Source: a bacterium (lineage in GTDB: Bacteria > Acidobacteriota > Blastocatellia > HR10). From it: a stretch of 64,000 nt of DNA. Numbering within the stretch: position 1 is the first letter of the stretch; each line of letters starts with the position of its first letter. The translations under genes and the position numbers were made by a program. The notes under the pieces are model-generated. The model saw only the letters and a program-made list of their open reading frames with translations, searched no databases and was not told the origin of the DNA. The stretch spans positions 94,182 to 158,181 of the forward strand of contig JBEPZV010000002.1 in NCBI GenBank assembly GCA_041640655.1. Direction: 5' to 3'. Shown here one piece after another: positions 50,711-59,429 of the stretch.

Positions 50711-51736
50711 TTAGAATTCTCGGATGGTCAAGGCATCAGACTTGTCGCCCAGGAGCTCCTTTAACTTTTCGCTCAGCTCCTCAGGCGAGAGCCTCAGCCC
50801 GGCATCTATCCAGCATTCGATTCGGGCCAAATTCTCGCGCCGCCGTTGAACGCACTCCAGCACGCCGTCTATTTTCACTTTGTAGTCTTTAGGAGAGCGG
50901 ATGCGCCGCTCGTCTCCCAGATTGTGCTCCAGCTCGACGCGGTCGAGGAAATAGCCACATTGAACTTCGTTCCGGAAGTCGAAGCGCAAAAGAAGACGCG
51001 GATGGTGGAAAGCCTTCGAGCGCGAATGCAGCGCCAACGTGCCGTGCCACAGCGCTTCCATCAGCAGTTTTACATCATCCTCGGTGAGGCCCGTTTCCTT
51101 TGCCAGGTTCTCGTTGATCACACCGTAGAAGCCGATGAGCGCGTAGGGGACGATGAACTCGCGCCGAAACGTCTTCTGTCGGGCTGTTTCTTTGGAAGCG
51201 AAGCCGCCGGTGCCCGCGATTTCGATGATCTCAGCAGCATGGAGGCTCTGTCCCGGATTGAACTGCACGGCTCCGGTCAGTTGAATGCCTCCGCTCTCGC
51301 CCTTTTCCTCGGTCTTCGCTGAGGCTTCGCCCCCACCCTTCTTGCCCTTCGTTGTTTTCTTCTCAGTGATCGGCACGAGAGCGCCGAACAGCCGCACATC
51401 CACGCACTTCTTGATGAGCTGCTCTTTAGCCTTTTCCACTTCGCCGGCTTTCGGCAAGCTTCCGAAAATCTCTTCGTAGCGTCGCTCCGCCGTTAGAGCC
51501 TTCTCATCAGCGACGCGAACGAAGATTTCCAGGCCATCGTCCCGATCGCGGCGCTTGTAGCGGAGGATATAATCCCGAATGGTCCGTTTGAGGCGCACAT
51601 CGGTGACATCAATCCGACCCGTTTCGGGGTCCTGTCTTGGGCGGTTTTCGAACGGATCGCCGTTCGGATTGCAGCGAAACACGTCGTAGAGAAAGAGGAT
51701 CTCAGACCGATAGGGATAGGTTGAACTTTTTTCCAT
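50711..51736 (-). CDS. cas7: Cas7 (type I-B, Csh2/Csd2-like)
   Basis: 341 aa. LFLYDVFRCNPNGDPFENRPRQDPETGRIDVTDVRLKRTIRDYI (NPNGDP signature). Confidence 0.9.
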   Translation of the reverse strand: MEKSSTYPYRSEILFLYDVFRCNPNGDPFENRPRQDPETGRIDVTDVRLKRTIRDYILRYKRRDRDDGLEIFVRVADEKALTAERRYEEIFGSLPKAGEVEKAKEQLIKKCVDVRLFGALVPITEKKTTKGKKGGGEASAKTEEKGESGGIQLTGAVQFNPGQSLHAAEIIEIAGTGGFASKETARQKTFRREFIVPYALIGFYGVINENLAKETGLTEDDVKLLMEALWHGTLALHSRSKAFHHPRLLLRFDFRNEVQCGYFLDRVELEHNLGDERRIRSPKDYKVKIDGVLECVQRRRENLARIECWIDAGLRLSPEELSEKLKELLGDKSDALTIREF

Positions 51737-51753
51737 GACGCACCTCCTTGGGT

Positions 51754-53766
51754 TTAGGATTCACCTTCTATTTCCTCTTCGGGAGAAGCTTCCTCGGCCT
51801 CTTCGCCCGGTGGCGTCTCTAACGCCTTACGGACGGCATCCACCGTCGCCCACCAGAGCCCCCAGCCCAGACAGAAGCAAAACCGAGCCTCCTCATCCGA
51901 GAGCTCGCCGTCCTGCGAAGCGAAATCGCACGCCGCCTGTTGAATCGCCTGAATCGCCTGGGTGTTGGCGTCTAATTGGCGAAGCTTCAGCATGAGTTCA
52001 GGGAAGATCTTCACCATGATCTCTTCCCGCGAAACCGCAAGCCCTCGCAGGCGGCTGACGATGGGCATCTCGCCGGCCTTGCTCTGTCTCTCGCCTCGCT
52101 GCTTGCTTTCCACCTGCCCAAAGAGAACACCAATGAGGAACGCCGCACGCTTTGCGGGGGAATCAAGGAGAAGCCTTGGCTTGAAGAAATTCTCCCAAAA
52201 CTCCGGCGTCACCCCGGACTTTACTGGTTGCGTTGTGGTTTGCGTTGCCATATTTGCACCTCCTTCGAGTTCCGTTGAACGATAAATGAGTGTCCATATT
52301 GCCCAGATGAGCCTTGCACGCTCGGCGAGAGCGCTCTGCACGGTTCGCTTTTGGTCCTTGCTGCTGATCGTCTCTTGATATGTGGCCCGCAAGAGGCTGT
52401 CAGCATCCTGCCAGAACTCGCGCTCCTGTGGGCGTTGATCCGTCAGGATCGCCGCCACAAGATGCATCGGAGTGAACTTGAGCGCGCCTTGCGTTTCATC
52501 TCGACCTCGGCGGGGCCATTTCCAGGCCCGCCCCACGAACTCGAAATCCGCCCGCAGTTGTGAAGATAATCGGCTCCCCTCTTCATCAAGAGCCCCTTCC
52601 CGTAAAAGCTCGCGTAGCCTTCCCAACCTCCGTTTTGATCTCCGCAGGTTAGTGGGCAGTATCTCAGAGATGGTGTAGAGGAACATGAACTTCTGACCCG
52701 ACTGGTAGAAAACGAGCGAAGCCGAACGAAAAGGAGGCCTGTCCTTAAATCGCCCCTCGGACTCCTCGACGAGTCCTTCAAACAGATTCGGAAAAGAATC
52801 TCCGCCTTCGTTCTCGGCGTCACCTGCGCTTTTCGGCTTCGCTTTCTTTCCCTTGTCTTGGATTGGAAATTCCTCTTGTGGCACGACCTTATCCTTCGTG
52901 CGCTCGCGCCATTCCCAGAGGAAGTGGACGAAGGAACCTTCGATCTCCGCCGCATCAGGCTCCAGCTCGGGCACAAGATAAGTAGGTGTGCCGGCAACTT
53001 GCGTGCGCAGGTTCTCTTCAAGGTAGCTCTCAGCTACATAGAGCCATTTCGCGCATTCCTCACAAACGGGAGCGTATTTCCAAAGGTTCACTTCGCGGCC
53101 CATCGGACTGAAGCCGAGCTTTTCTACAGTGAAGAAGCGGAAGGGAATAGTTGAGCATACCTCGCCCTTCTTGCCACAGACAGCACAACGACCCTTACCT
53201 TTAGCTTGAGCCCTGCGCTCACCGAAGATTTTTCTCTTAATGAACCTCTCACAGAGTTTTTCTTGATCCCCTGGCATTTTTCCATTCCACATAACGCTCA
53301 GCAAGACGGAAGTTTCATCCCTCGTCGCCTCATCGAGCTTCTCTGATAAACCACTCTCGCTCCATTCTTTCAACTTCTGAGCGATATCATTGGGTAGCGA
53401 GGCGCTTATTTCTCTGAGTCCCGTTTGAATGATTTCCTGGCGGGTTTTCTTTGGTTTCGCACTGCTGCGCCCCTTGGAGCTTCGGTCTTCACGGAAGACC
53501 AAGAGCCATGATGGGCCTATGGCGTGCTTGCCCGTGGACAAAGCATAGAGATACTTATACCGCTCATCGTCCTTGTAATCTTCGAGGCGCACCTCTTGAT
53601 TTGTTACATCAACCACGGCCACCTTGGGGATGATTTTATCTTTGCCTTTTGTTCTGATGGCGCTCTCGCACAGGCGATGAAGGATAACTTGTTCCAGAGT
53701 CCAGCCGCGCTTTTTGCTTTCATAGCGGGCCATCTCTCGGGCGACTTGAACCAGTGTTGCGATCAT
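51754..53766 (-). CDS. cas8b: Cas8b-like large subunit (type I-B, TM1802-like)
   Basis: 670 aa between cas6 and cas7. Zn-ribbon-like CAVCGKKGEVCS ... PVCEECAKWL. Called mainly on size and position. Confidence 0.7.
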   Translation of the reverse strand: MIATLVQVAREMARYESKKRGWTLEQVILHRLCESAIRTKGKDKIIPKVAVVDVTNQEVRLEDYKDDERYKYLYALSTGKHAIGPSWLLVFREDRSSKGRSSAKPKKTRQEIIQTGLREISASLPNDIAQKLKEWSESGLSEKLDEATRDETSVLLSVMWNGKMPGDQEKLCERFIKRKIFGERRAQAKGKGRCAVCGKKGEVCSTIPFRFFTVEKLGFSPMGREVNLWKYAPVCEECAKWLYVAESYLEENLRTQVAGTPTYLVPELEPDAAEIEGSFVHFLWEWRERTKDKVVPQEEFPIQDKGKKAKPKSAGDAENEGGDSFPNLFEGLVEESEGRFKDRPPFRSASLVFYQSGQKFMFLYTISEILPTNLRRSKRRLGRLRELLREGALDEEGSRLSSQLRADFEFVGRAWKWPRRGRDETQGALKFTPMHLVAAILTDQRPQEREFWQDADSLLRATYQETISSKDQKRTVQSALAERARLIWAIWTLIYRSTELEGGANMATQTTTQPVKSGVTPEFWENFFKPRLLLDSPAKRAAFLIGVLFGQVESKQRGERQSKAGEMPIVSRLRGLAVSREEIMVKIFPELMLKLRQLDANTQAIQAIQQAACDFASQDGELSDEEARFCFCLGWGLWWATVDAVRKALETPPGEEAEEASPEEEIEGES

Positions 53767-53769
53767 GGC

Positions 53770-54513
53770 TTACCCTCCGGGCTCTATCATACCAAAGCCC
53801 TGGCTATTTTTAATTCCAAGCCCAACGTCGTAAGCGAAGCGGATCAGTCCTTCATCCCCCCACATCTGAAGGTTCAGGTACCATGCTCGCACGGCCGTAT
53901 CAAAGACGCGAACCAGTTTTTGCTTGGGATTCCAAACACGAATACTGAGCTCCCCTCCGTGCCATTCCCGCCCATGAAAAGCTTGCCACTTGTTGATGAG
54001 ATTACGCTGAAGCGCTTCGACGAACTCAGGCTGATCGGGACGGAGGTAAATAGGATGTCGCGAGCAATTCGGATCTCCTATCGAAGCGGCGATAGGAGAA
54101 GCTGTCCGAAAAACCAAGCCACTTCCAAGTTCGGGGGGTTCGATGCGAACTATGTCCACAACCTCGATAAGAGTGCCAAAGATATGGAGCTTTCCTGCTT
54201 GCCGCTCTATGCCTTTTATGAAGGTATCCGTGAATTGCTGGTCTGGACTACTGATCTGCCACGTCATCCACTGAACATCAGTCAGACCGTGCGAGGACAG
54301 ACTCCAGCGCGTGGGGGTTAAATCTGAGTAGACAAAGAGACGGTATATGCGATTCTTCCAGGAAAAACCCTGATCATGGAGCTTGGTGCCGTAATCTGAA
54401 TCGGCGGTATTCAAGGTCATGTAAACCACCTTAGTCAGGGCAGCGCGGTAATCCCAAGGGATAGTGATAGGTTTATGAGCTTCAAGTAACAATCGCAATC
54501 TCATCCCGATCAC
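53770..54513 (-). CDS. cas6: Cas6 endoribonuclease (copy adjacent to the I-B effector genes)
   Basis: About 245 aa (likely the ATG at 54504). RAMP fold signature with C-terminal G-rich loop (GLGIKNSQGFGMI). Lower GC, like the downstream cas genes. Confidence 0.85.
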   Translation of the reverse strand: MIGMRLRLLLEAHKPITIPWDYRAALTKVVYMTLNTADSDYGTKLHDQGFSWKNRIYRLFVYSDLTPTRWSLSSHGLTDVQWMTWQISSPDQQFTDTFIKGIERQAGKLHIFGTLIEVVDIVRIEPPELGSGLVFRTASPIAASIGDPNCSRHPIYLRPDQPEFVEALQRNLINKWQAFHGREWHGGELSIRVWNPKQKLVRVFDTAVRAWYLNLQMWGDEGLIRFAYDVGLGIKNSQGFGMIEPGG

Positions 54514-54657
54514 CTCACCACTTGTACTTTAGTCCTCCTTACTACATTTTCTGCGGGAGCCGGCTTCTGGAGTTACGCATCTTATGCCCACCTTAAACGG
54601 TTCCAGCAAGACCGCCCGTCTTGTGTCCACCCAGAAGTTGCTGGTGGGGCGGTTGGG

Positions 54658-54754
54658 GTGGAGTTGAATTACAGGTGATGGCGATGTGACCAGGCTCGGT
54701 CTGGGTTCGACTGGCCCGAGCCACCAGTGGAGTCGGATTACGGGTGATGGCGAT
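54658..54754. repeat. Two 28-nt direct repeats (25/28 identical) with 69-bp period in the cas6-cas6 intergenic region
   Basis: GTGGAGTTGAATTACAGGTGATGGCGAT at 54658-54685 and GTGGAGTCGGATTACGGGTGATGGCGAT at 54727-54754. The 41-nt interval contains the inverted repeat GGCTCGG...CCGAGCC. Confidence 0.7.
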
Positions 54755-55467
54755 CTCACTTTTGTCCTCCTCGTTCGTGTGCTGATATTTTCCCCACGCA
54801 TGCGTCTCGGTGTCAAGCGGTTTCTTCACCGAACTCGCCTGCGCCCGCACGTCGTCTCGGCACGGAGCTCCGAGCGGCGCCTTCGTCACCCCCTCATCCC
54901 TATCCTCGCTCTGGATCGGGGGAGGGGCCTGAATCTCCAGGTGCTCCCCGTCACGAACCTTTCCACGAATCGCAGAGTGATCGTCGCTCGACCCGAAGGG
55001 CTCTTTGCGCACGCAAGACAATATGCCGTCATGTCGTCTGCCCTCACCCGTTCAGATGAAGGAGCATGCTCAACGCATCGCCTCCTCTGCTCTCTCGGCG
55101 CCACTCCCGGTGTTCCGGAGGTACGCGGTCGCACTACGGCGCATCCGGTGATGAGGGCGCGGCGGTGAGCGCCGGTTGAACTCATCGCTCCGCGCGAGAG
55201 ATTCTCGGCAGCGGCCGTGTCCGCCAGGCGAAGGCGTTGTGCCAGGGAGAGTGCGCTCATGCGCCGGAATGCTGCGTGAGCAGAAGTACAGAGAGGAGTC
55301 CGAGCGCTTCGGCCGCTGCCCAGCGGCCGAGGGCCATGATGAATCGTTGGACGAAGGTGCAAGGATGCCCTCGCGCGAGAGCGATCAATGGATGGGGACG
55401 CGTGCTCTCTGCCCATTTCGGGTCCTCCCTTGACCAGAAGCGGCGCGCGCCGCATGTCCGCCTCCGC

Positions 55468-56235
55468 TCATGCCCTTTGCCGCAAAGAGGTCGGGTGCTC
55501 GTGCGGCAGGCACACCATGCCGAAGCCCTGCGCGTTGCGCTCGCCGAATCCGGCGTCATATCCGAGTCGGATGAGGTCGAGCGATCCACTCACGCGAAAC
55601 GACATCAGCCATCCGCGCACATCGGTCTCGTTCACCCGCATCAGTTTCGATCTCGGCTCGCTCAGCCACTCGAACTGAAGCTCGCCCTCGGGCGCCTCGC
55701 CGTAGATCGCCAGAGCCTTCCGCTTCAAGTTCTCGACGAGCACGCGCGCGAAGTCGGGCTCCGCGGGCGAGAGGAATCGTTTGCGAAACCTCCCTTCAGC
55801 GTCACGGGAGCCCGTGGAGGCGAAGATGGGCGACAGGGTCACGAGCGTCATCGTCTCGGCGAACGTCGGGGGCAGAAGGACGCCGATCTGTCCCACGTGG
55901 AGCACACTGGCGCCGAGCCGGATTTCCGGTCGCATGAGCAAGCCAAGCGCCAGGGCTTCGATGAGTGACTCCAACGGCGAGGAGACCCACCACCGGAGGC
56001 GACCGCGCGCGCGCAACCCTCCGGGAGTTCGCTCATACTGTTCCGGGTACAAGAGCGAGAAGGTCGCGAGCTTATAACGTTTGCCGCCGCCGGAGAACCC
56101 CTCGTCGTGCACGTCCCGCGCCAACTTCGGCCGGCCTTGTTCCATCGCCCGGTAGAAGATCCCGCGCAGCCAATCGAGATAATCCCACGGCAGGAAGATC
56201 TCGTCCGGGGCGAAGAATTCAACGCTGATTCGCAT
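55468..56235 (-). CDS. cas6: Cas6 endoribonuclease (second, GC-rich, isolated paralog)
   Basis: 255 aa, collinear with the other Cas6 (FLPWDYLDWLRGIFYRAM; C-terminal GFGERNAQGFGMV). Separated from the rest of the operon by about 950 bp. Confidence 0.85.
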   Translation of the reverse strand: MRISVEFFAPDEIFLPWDYLDWLRGIFYRAMEQGRPKLARDVHDEGFSGGGKRYKLATFSLLYPEQYERTPGGLRARGRLRWWVSSPLESLIEALALGLLMRPEIRLGASVLHVGQIGVLLPPTFAETMTLVTLSPIFASTGSRDAEGRFRKRFLSPAEPDFARVLVENLKRKALAIYGEAPEGELQFEWLSEPRSKLMRVNETDVRGWLMSFRVSGSLDLIRLGYDAGFGERNAQGFGMVCLPHEHPTSLRQRA

Positions 56236-56499
56236 GGCGTGCTCTCCCGCGGAAGATCTCCTGGCCGGAGCGCATGGACCTCATATCGCCCTCGCCCTTC
56301 ACTCCTGCTCCTCGCGCGACGCCGACGGAAGGTCCCCCATCCGGCGCGATCCGCGGGCAGGATAGCACACGAGGCCCCGCGCTTCAAAGAGAGCCTTCGC
56401 CTTCGATCCCTCCGGAGCGCATCCGCGAAATCGCTCAAGGGGTGACCGAGACTTCAGCCCGATTCGCACTCGTGTGACGATCAGGCGACGAACCATTCA

Positions 56500-57438
56500 T
56501 CAAAAGACGATCCCCAAGCCCGTGGTGAATGTCACTTCGTTCTTGCGCACGCCCGGCTGCGGGCGGTTGTCATACGCGTCGCTGACCCCGAATCGGATGG
56601 TGAACAACTCGCTCACCCGAAAGCGCAGCGCGCTCTCCAGACGGAATTTGAAGCGCGTGGCCTCGCGCAGATCCTGCAGGAAATGGAACTGCTGCTCCAG
56701 TTGACTCTGCGGCGAGAGCTTCTGTCGGAACTCCTGGCGGAAGACGCCGGAGAGAAATTCCCGACGCGCGCCATCGCGGAAGCTCTCGCGAGTGTAACCG
56801 CTGCCCCCGCTGATCGAGAGCGCGCGCGATTCGGAGACGAGGAGATCGGCGCCGAAGCCCACAGCGTAGATGCTTCGCAGATTCACGCGCTCGACCTCAT
56901 CGAACTCGAAATCGCCGGAGGCGAAGACGAAGAGGCGTGGCGAGAAGAACCGATCCAGGCGTCCTCCCCCAAGCCATTCGTTCCCGGCGAGGGAGCGATC
57001 CTTGAGCGCGCGGAAATACCGAGAACGCAGTCGGAGGCGCCAGGGCTCGCGCTGCCGTTCGGCGCGCACGTCCAGGACGAGGCTATCCGAATCGGTCGTG
57101 CCGCGATGTCCGGCGTAGCTCACATCGAAGGCCCCGCGCCAGGATCGCTCATCCGATCTCGCTGTCGCGGGCGAGGAATCAGGGGGCGAAGCCTGCTTCT
57201 CTGTGGGGAGCCGGGCTCCCATCGCCGCGATACTGTTCGGCCCCAAGCTCAACCGAAGGACGTCACTCGGAGCGACTTCGCGCATCGTCCCGTCCGCTGT
57301 GCGAAAGACGATCTGCTCTCGACTCCACGAGACGAGTGTTCCCACGAACCGCGTGCCATCGGACAGTATGATCTCGTCCGTCGCAGCGACTTCCTGTGAG
57401 GCGAAGATGAGCATAAGACACAAAACGCCGATCCCCAT
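56500..57438 (-). CDS. DUF481-type outer-membrane beta-barrel protein
   Basis: Signal peptide (MGIGVLCLMLIFASQEVAA), then alternating beta-strand pattern ending in an aromatic residue (TFTTGLGIVF). Confidence 0.55.
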   Translation of the reverse strand: MGIGVLCLMLIFASQEVAATDEIILSDGTRFVGTLVSWSREQIVFRTADGTMREVAPSDVLRLSLGPNSIAAMGARLPTEKQASPPDSSPATARSDERSWRGAFDVSYAGHRGTTDSDSLVLDVRAERQREPWRLRLRSRYFRALKDRSLAGNEWLGGGRLDRFFSPRLFVFASGDFEFDEVERVNLRSIYAVGFGADLLVSESRALSISGGSGYTRESFRDGARREFLSGVFRQEFRQKLSPQSQLEQQFHFLQDLREATRFKFRLESALRFRVSELFTIRFGVSDAYDNRPQPGVRKNEVTFTTGLGIVF

Positions 57439-57542
57439 GCTGCCACCGCCTCCTCGCGCGAGAGATTCGAGAACCCGTTGTGATTATGGAGGCGCGTCGA
57501 ATGGAGGGCAAGCGGAGACGACGTCACACACCGCTTGTCCGC

Positions 57543-58457
57543 TCACATTCTCCTCGCTGCTGCCAGCAGGACGTCACTCAGGCGCAGTGTGAGCGTTCGC
57601 TCTTCCCACCCCAAGCGGGCGAGGCCGCGCATGAAGAACCGTCCTAAGGGAGCGTGCCATCGTCGGAGGCGATCGGCCAGGAGCCTCAGGCTCACGGTGC
57701 GCCGCGGATGCGTGAGCGCGAGCACGCGAAATCCGTTCTCCTCCAAGAGTCGGGTCAAGGTCGCGGGCGAGAAGAAATAGTAGTGATCGGGGATGAATTG
57801 CCGCCAGCGCCGGCCGAAGAGGCGGAACCAGACCGAAGCGATGTTCGGCGTTTCAAGGACGACGACGCCTCCGGGTCGGAGCACGCGATGGATCTCCTGA
57901 AGCGCGCGTCGCGGCGAATCCAGATGCTCCAGGACGTGGAAGAGGACGACGACGTCGAACGACGCGGCCGGATATTGGGCGTCGGCGAGCGTGCCGGGGA
58001 AGACGTGGATCCCGGTGTGCTGCTGAGCCCGCGCGCTCGTCGTCGGATCGGGCTCAACTCCATGCGCATGGAATCCCGCGCGAGCGGCCAGGGCGAGAAA
58101 CGCGCCATCGGCGCATCCGATCTCCAGCAGCCGTCCCGAGGCGACGAAGCGCCGCACCCACTGCAGGCGCTCCTGCATCACGCGCTCGCGAATCGGGGCT
58201 TCGCGCGCTTCGACCTCCTCGTCCACCAGTGCGAGCGCCCGCACGCGTTCGGCCAAGCGGCGCGAGCGCTCGGGATCGAACCGCGAGAACGTGAAATCCT
58301 CGCGACGCGCGCCCACATAGACGAGGCCGCACCGTCGGCATTGCACGAGTGGTCCGTCCAACCGCTCGCATGTCATCAGGAATCGCGCGTCGGTTCCGCC
58401 GCAGAGATCGCAGGGCAGATAGGTCATGCTGGGACCCCGCGCGCAAGCGGCGATCAT
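57543..58457 (-). CDS. Class I SAM-dependent methyltransferase with N-terminal Zn-ribbon
   Basis: CDLCGG...CRRCGLVY, SAM motif I (RLLEIGCADGAFL) and a Methyltransf_11-like core (VVVLFHVLEHLDSPRRAL). Confidence 0.8.
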   Translation of the reverse strand: MIAACARGPSMTYLPCDLCGGTDARFLMTCERLDGPLVQCRRCGLVYVGARREDFTFSRFDPERSRRLAERVRALALVDEEVEAREAPIRERVMQERLQWVRRFVASGRLLEIGCADGAFLALAARAGFHAHGVEPDPTTSARAQQHTGIHVFPGTLADAQYPAASFDVVVLFHVLEHLDSPRRALQEIHRVLRPGGVVVLETPNIASVWFRLFGRRWRQFIPDHYYFFSPATLTRLLEENGFRVLALTHPRRTVSLRLLADRLRRWHAPLGRFFMRGLARLGWEERTLTLRLSDVLLAAARRM

Positions 58458-58463
58458 CCGCCC

Positions 58464-59429
58464 TCACGCGAGCGCGCGCTCGGAGACCGGCACGGCGCTC
58501 CCCGCGAATCCCACCAGCCGTCGTTCGCGGATGAAGAGGTCCAGACGTCCGAGGACGATGCCGCCGAATCCAACTTGAAAGATGAGCGTCGCGCCCCCGC
58601 TCGGACGGCGGATGAGTTCCGGTTCCTTCATGAACGTATGCGTATGTCCGCCGATGATGACATCAATGCCCTCGACGGCGTGCGCCAGCTCGCGATCACC
58701 GATCGGAGGTGGGGTCACCTTCATCCGCTCGGATTCGTCGTAGAGTCCCAAGTGCGAGAGGCAGACGACAAGCAACGCGTCCTCTCGCTCTCGCAAGGTT
58801 CGGACCATCGCGCGCGCCGTCGCGATGGGATCGCGATAGCGTACCCCCGCACGATAGCGCTCGGGGACCAATCCCTCCAGCGCGATCCCGAGCCCGAAGA
58901 TGCCGATGCGGATGCCGGCCAGCTCCCGCACGACGTAGGGCTTGATGCGATCCCGAAGCAACGTCTCCTGGAAATCGTAGTTCGCCGAGACGACGTCGAA
59001 CGTGGCGAAGTTGAGGGCGCGCGCGAGCGCCTCCAATCCGCTGTCGAACTCGTGATTCCCCAAGGTCACGACATCGTAGCCGATGGCCGACATTACCCGA
59101 TAATCGGCCTCGCCGCGATACACGTTGTAGTAGGGCGTCCCCTGAAAGGCATCGCCCGCGTCCAGAAGCAGCGTGTTCGGATTCTCCCGGCGAAGGCGCT
59201 TGACGAGCGCAGCGCGTCGCGCGGCTCCGCCCAATCCCGCGTATCGCGGATCATCGTCGGGGAACGGCTCCAGCCGCGAATGCACGTCATTCGTATGCAG
59301 GAGCGTGATCCGCGTCTCCGCTTCGCCGGCGGCGAGGCCACGCACAAGCTCCGGGGCGCTGGCGCCCAGGAGCACGGCTGCCCCGGCTCGAAGACCACTC
59401 GTGAGAAAGCCTCGGCGTGAGAGATTCAT
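58464..59429 (-). CDS. Tat-exported metallophosphoesterase of the 5-prime-nucleotidase (UshA N-terminal) family
   Basis: Twin-arginine signal ([19 protein letters not shown]). Metallophosphatase motifs ([35 protein letters not shown]). Confidence 0.8.
   Translation of the reverse strand: MNLSRRGFLTSGLRAGAAVLLGASAPELVRGLAAGEAETRITLLHTNDVHSRLEPFPDDDPRYAGLGGAARRAALVKRLRRENPNTLLLDAGDAFQGTPYYNVYRGEADYRVMSAIGYDVVTLGNHEFDSGLEALARALNFATFDVVSANYDFQETLLRDRIKPYVVRELAGIRIGIFGLGIALEGLVPERYRAGVRYRDPIATARAMVRTLREREDALLVVCLSHLGLYDESERMKVTPPPIGDRELAHAVEGIDVIIGGHTHTFMKEPELIRRPSGGATLIFQVGFGGIVLGRLDLFIRERRLVGFAGSAVPVSERALA

Noticed and set aside
54686-54726. GGGTTCGACTGG inside the interval between the two direct repeats resembles a tRNA T-loop (GGTTCGA)
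   Set aside because: No acceptor, D or anticodon arms can be drawn around it. It is too short to be a tRNA or tmRNA.
54593-55455. ORFs in the cas6-cas6 gap: 54886-55455 (189 aa), 54593-55021 (142 aa, TTG start) and 54686-55168 (plus strand)
   Set aside because: No domains are recognisable. The 189-aa frame is Arg-rich shadow-like sequence. The 142-aa frame has plausible GC3 but only a TTG start. The direct repeats inside it differ non-synonymously. Possibly pseudogene debris.
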